The notes beneath the pieces were generated by a model. It saw only the letters and a program-made list of their open reading frames with translations. It made no database searches and was not told the origin of the DNA. Source: Promethearchaeota archaeon (lineage in GTDB: Archaea; Asgardarchaeota; Lokiarchaeia; Sigyniarchaeales; SOKP01). Taken from it: DNA of 16,582 nt. The stretch covers positions 1 through 16,582 of the forward strand of contig JAEOTS010000174.1 of assembly GCA_016839745.1 (NCBI GenBank), given 5' to 3'. Numbering within the stretch: the first letter of the stretch is position 1; the number at the start of each line of letters is the position of its first letter. Made by a program: the position numbers and the translations under genes. Below are positions 14,207 through 16,582 of this stretch, piece after piece.

Positions 14207-15565
14207 GTGGAAGATAAACTAAAAGGATATAAAGGTAAATCTATAGATGTTTTAAAGAAATATAAAATAGAAATCTGGGATATCATTCAAATTATTACAA
14301 ATAAAACGCAATTAGAAGGAATAGTAATGCCTAGAAGCGAATACTCTGCTCCTGATTTTATTGAAATCAAGCTTGAAAACAACTATAATGTTGGAATAAA
14401 TGTCTCTGATATAAAAAATATAAAAAAAATCGGAAAAAGAGAAGCAAACTACAAATTTCCAGAAAAAGAATTTCCATATAATGAAGCCTTACCTAAGGTT
14501 CAATTACTAGGGACTGGAGGAACGGTCGCTTCAAGATTAGATTACACGACTGGGGCCGTTATACCATCATTTACTCCAAGTGAATTATATAGTTCCGTTC
14601 CTGAGCTAGCTGAGATTTGTAACCTTGATTGCGAAATTGTTTTCGAGATATTATCAGAAAATATGAAATCTGAATATTGGCAAAAATTAGCAGAAAAAGT
14701 AAAACAAGCAATAGACTCTGGTCTTGATGGGATAATTATAGGACATGGAACGGATACTATGTCATTTACTAGCGCCGCCTTATCTTTTATGTTAAAAGAT
14801 TTATCTATTCCAGTTGTGTTAACAGGGAGTCAAAGAAGCTCCGATCGTCCCTCTTCAGATGCGGCTATAAATCTAATAAACGCTGCCACTGTAGCCACTT
14901 CGGATATAGCTGAAGTTGTAGTGACTATGCTAGGCTCTCCATCTCATGATTACGGGTTAATTCACAGGGGAACGCTAGTAAGAAAAATGCATTCCTCAGT
15001 AAGAGATACTTTTCGTACTATCGATGATATACCATTAGGAATGGTAAAGGATAGGAAGATTAAAACTTTTAAAAATAATTACAGAAATCGAAATCCATCT
15101 GAAACTACACTCAAAACGAATTTTGAGAAGAATATAGCCCTCATTTATTTCTATCCTGGAATGGAAAATGAGGTAATCGAATTTTACATTGATAAAGGTT
15201 ATAAAGGAATTGTATTTGCTGGAACAGGTCTTGGTCACGTAAGTACCCATATCTATGATTCAATAGAAAGAGCAATACAAGAAAATATAACAATTATCAT
15301 GACTACACAGACAATTCACGGTTATGTTGGGATGAATGTCTATTCAACAGGAAGAGAACTTCAAGATTTAGGAGTTATACCGGGGAGAAATCTATTACCA
15401 GAAGTCGGATACATTAAATTGGGATGGGTGCTTGGACAAACTAGTGATGTAACGGAAATTAAAAATTTATTATTGACTAATATTGCAGGTGAATTTGTAG
15501 AAAGAGAAATTCCAATCGCATTTAACTATAATATTGACGAGTTATTAAGAAATAATAAACTCTAA
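14207..15565 (+). CDS. gatD: Glu-tRNA(Gln) amidotransferase subunit D (asparaginase-like glutaminase)
   Basis: N-terminal IKLENNYNVGI domain, GTGGTVASRLDYTTGAV, HGTDTM, GSQRSSDRPSSD, RKMHSS, GTGLGH, MNVYSTGR; GTG start directly after the gatE TAA, with GGAG at 14194-14197. Confidence 0.97.
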   Translation: MEDKLKGYKGKSIDVLKKYKIEIWDIIQIITNKTQLEGIVMPRSEYSAPDFIEIKLENNYNVGINVSDIKNIKKIGKREANYKFPEKEFPYNEALPKVQLLGTGGTVASRLDYTTGAVIPSFTPSELYSSVPELAEICNLDCEIVFEILSENMKSEYWQKLAEKVKQAIDSGLDGIIIGHGTDTMSFTSAALSFMLKDLSIPVVLTGSQRSSDRPSSDAAINLINAATVATSDIAEVVVTMLGSPSHDYGLIHRGTLVRKMHSSVRDTFRTIDDIPLGMVKDRKIKTFKNNYRNRNPSETTLKTNFEKNIALIYFYPGMENEVIEFYIDKGYKGIVFAGTGLGHVSTHIYDSIERAIQENITIIMTTQTIHGYVGMNVYSTGRELQDLGVIPGRNLLPEVGYIKLGWVLGQTSDVTEIKNLLLTNIAGEFVEREIPIAFNYNIDELLRNNKL

Positions 15566-15674
15566 TCTAATTCCATATTTTATTCTCAAAAATCAATAAA
15601 TTCTTTTTAAAATAATAAAAAATTTATACTTTTATTAATTAGATATTACTAATTCGAAATAATAAGTGAACTTT

Positions 15675-16403
15675 ATGGGAAAGCGTATATTAGCTCAAAG
15701 GAAAGGATACGGTCACCTATGGGCCCGATCTCCTAGTCACCGACATGTGGGAGAAGTTAAGTATCGTCCTTTCATAAAGAATGAGAAATTAATTAAATTT
15801 AAAGTAACAGAATTCGTTCACGCTCCTGGAAGAGGTGCTCCAATAGCAAGGATTAAGTATGAAGATGGTGAAAAAAGTCTATGGCTCCCTCCAGAAGGTA
15901 TTTATGAAGGACAAGAATTTATCCAGTCTAAAACAGGATATGGTCAAGAAGTGAAAGTAGGAAATATCTTGCCTTTAAGAAAAATTCCCATCGGAACTCT
16001 GGTATTTAATATTGAGGGAACTCCACAAGATGGTGGTAAATTTGCGAGAGCATCTGGAGTTGCCGCTATTGTAAGAAATAGAGCAGGTGATAACATTGAA
16101 TTGTTATTTCGGTCGAAAAAGACGAAGTGGTTCAATCTAAATTGCCTTTGCACTGTTGGGGTAGTTGCTGGAGGGGGGAGAACAGATAAACCTTTCCTAA
16201 AAGCAGGAAATGCGCATTATGCTTACCGTTCTAAAGCTAAAAAATGGCCGGTTGTCCGAGGGGTCACTATGAATGCGGCAAGCCACCCCTATGGAGGTGG
16301 TGCAAAACAAAGTCCTCATAAACCAACAACAACCTCGAGAAACGCCCCTCCCGGTAGAAAAGTGGGACAAATAGCTGCTAGAAGAACAGGACATCAGAAT
16401 TAA
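15675..16403 (+). CDS. rpl2: 50S ribosomal protein uL2 (L2p)
   Basis: MGKRILAQRKG, HAPGRGAPIA, GNILPLRKIPIGT, DGGKFARASG, GVVAGGGRTDKPFLKAG, WPVVRGVTMNAASHPYGGG, PPGRKVGQIAARRTG. ATG at 15675 preferred to GTG at 15666. Confidence 0.98.
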   Translation: MGKRILAQRKGYGHLWARSPSHRHVGEVKYRPFIKNEKLIKFKVTEFVHAPGRGAPIARIKYEDGEKSLWLPPEGIYEGQEFIQSKTGYGQEVKVGNILPLRKIPIGTLVFNIEGTPQDGGKFARASGVAAIVRNRAGDNIELLFRSKKTKWFNLNCLCTVGVVAGGGRTDKPFLKAGNAHYAYRSKAKKWPVVRGVTMNAASHPYGGGAKQSPHKPTTTSRNAPPGRKVGQIAARRTGHQN

Positions 16404-16416
16404 GGTCTCATTTATA

Positions 16417-16431
16417 TTCCTTTTTGAGGAA
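16417..16431 (+). terminator. Possible terminator after rpl2 (TTCCT-N5-AGGAA containing a T5 run)
   Basis: Short inverted repeat overlapping an oligo-T run, starting 14 nt after the stop; archaeal termination commonly uses oligo-U. Confidence 0.3.
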
Positions 16432-16582
16432 AACTCTACAAATAAATAAGATTTGCTTAGATATTTGTTTTTTAATAAAATTTTAAAATAAGAATAATAA
16501 TTGATCTAAGATTATTTCAATTATAGAAATTATAAATCTGTAATTTTGATATGGATCATAAATTTATTAATCCTGTTGAAAC

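Noticed and set aside
232-16394. Short ORFs in the track that are antisense or out of frame (232-498, 1445-1705, 2033-2245, 2251-2520, 6083-6403, 6958-7179, 9009-9290, 9480-9758, 11548-11730, 13393-13653, 13876-14286, 15035-15250, 15944-16153, 16197-16394)
   Set aside because: All lie wholly or mostly within well-supported genes, have shadow-ORF composition (mostly F/I/S/L-rich) and show no recognisable motifs.

Overview
AT-rich (about 30% GC by eye) archaeal chromosomal window, most likely from an Asgard archaeon of the Lokiarchaeia/Promethearchaeia type (inferred from gene content and protein style). Eleven of the twelve genes are housekeeping: an XRE-HTH/CBS regulator, a COG1395-type HTH regulator and RNase HII (+); fibrillarin and Nop5 (-); pyrD-pyrK, Elp3, gatE-gatD and a stand-alone uL2 gene (+). 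The exception is a 1238-aa receptor-like membrane protein between pyrK and elp3. It has an N-terminal hydrophobic segment, an ectodomain with about 37 N-glycosylation sequons (a CBM-like beta-sandwich and four ~100-aa Ig-like repeats), one TM helix, and a sequon-free cytoplasmic tail that looks like a longin domain plus a winged helix and ends in YPPI. This is the best candidate for an undescribed system. Secondary points: Elp3 has substituted acetyl-CoA-site residues; the nop5/fibrillarin junction has an A10 run one base out of a fusion frame plus a bridging 3-codon mini-ORF; all operon-internal genes use non-AUG starts; and a 15-bp tandem duplication with a structured element lies upstream of the large gene. 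No CRISPR, intact tRNA/rRNA gene or mobile element was found.
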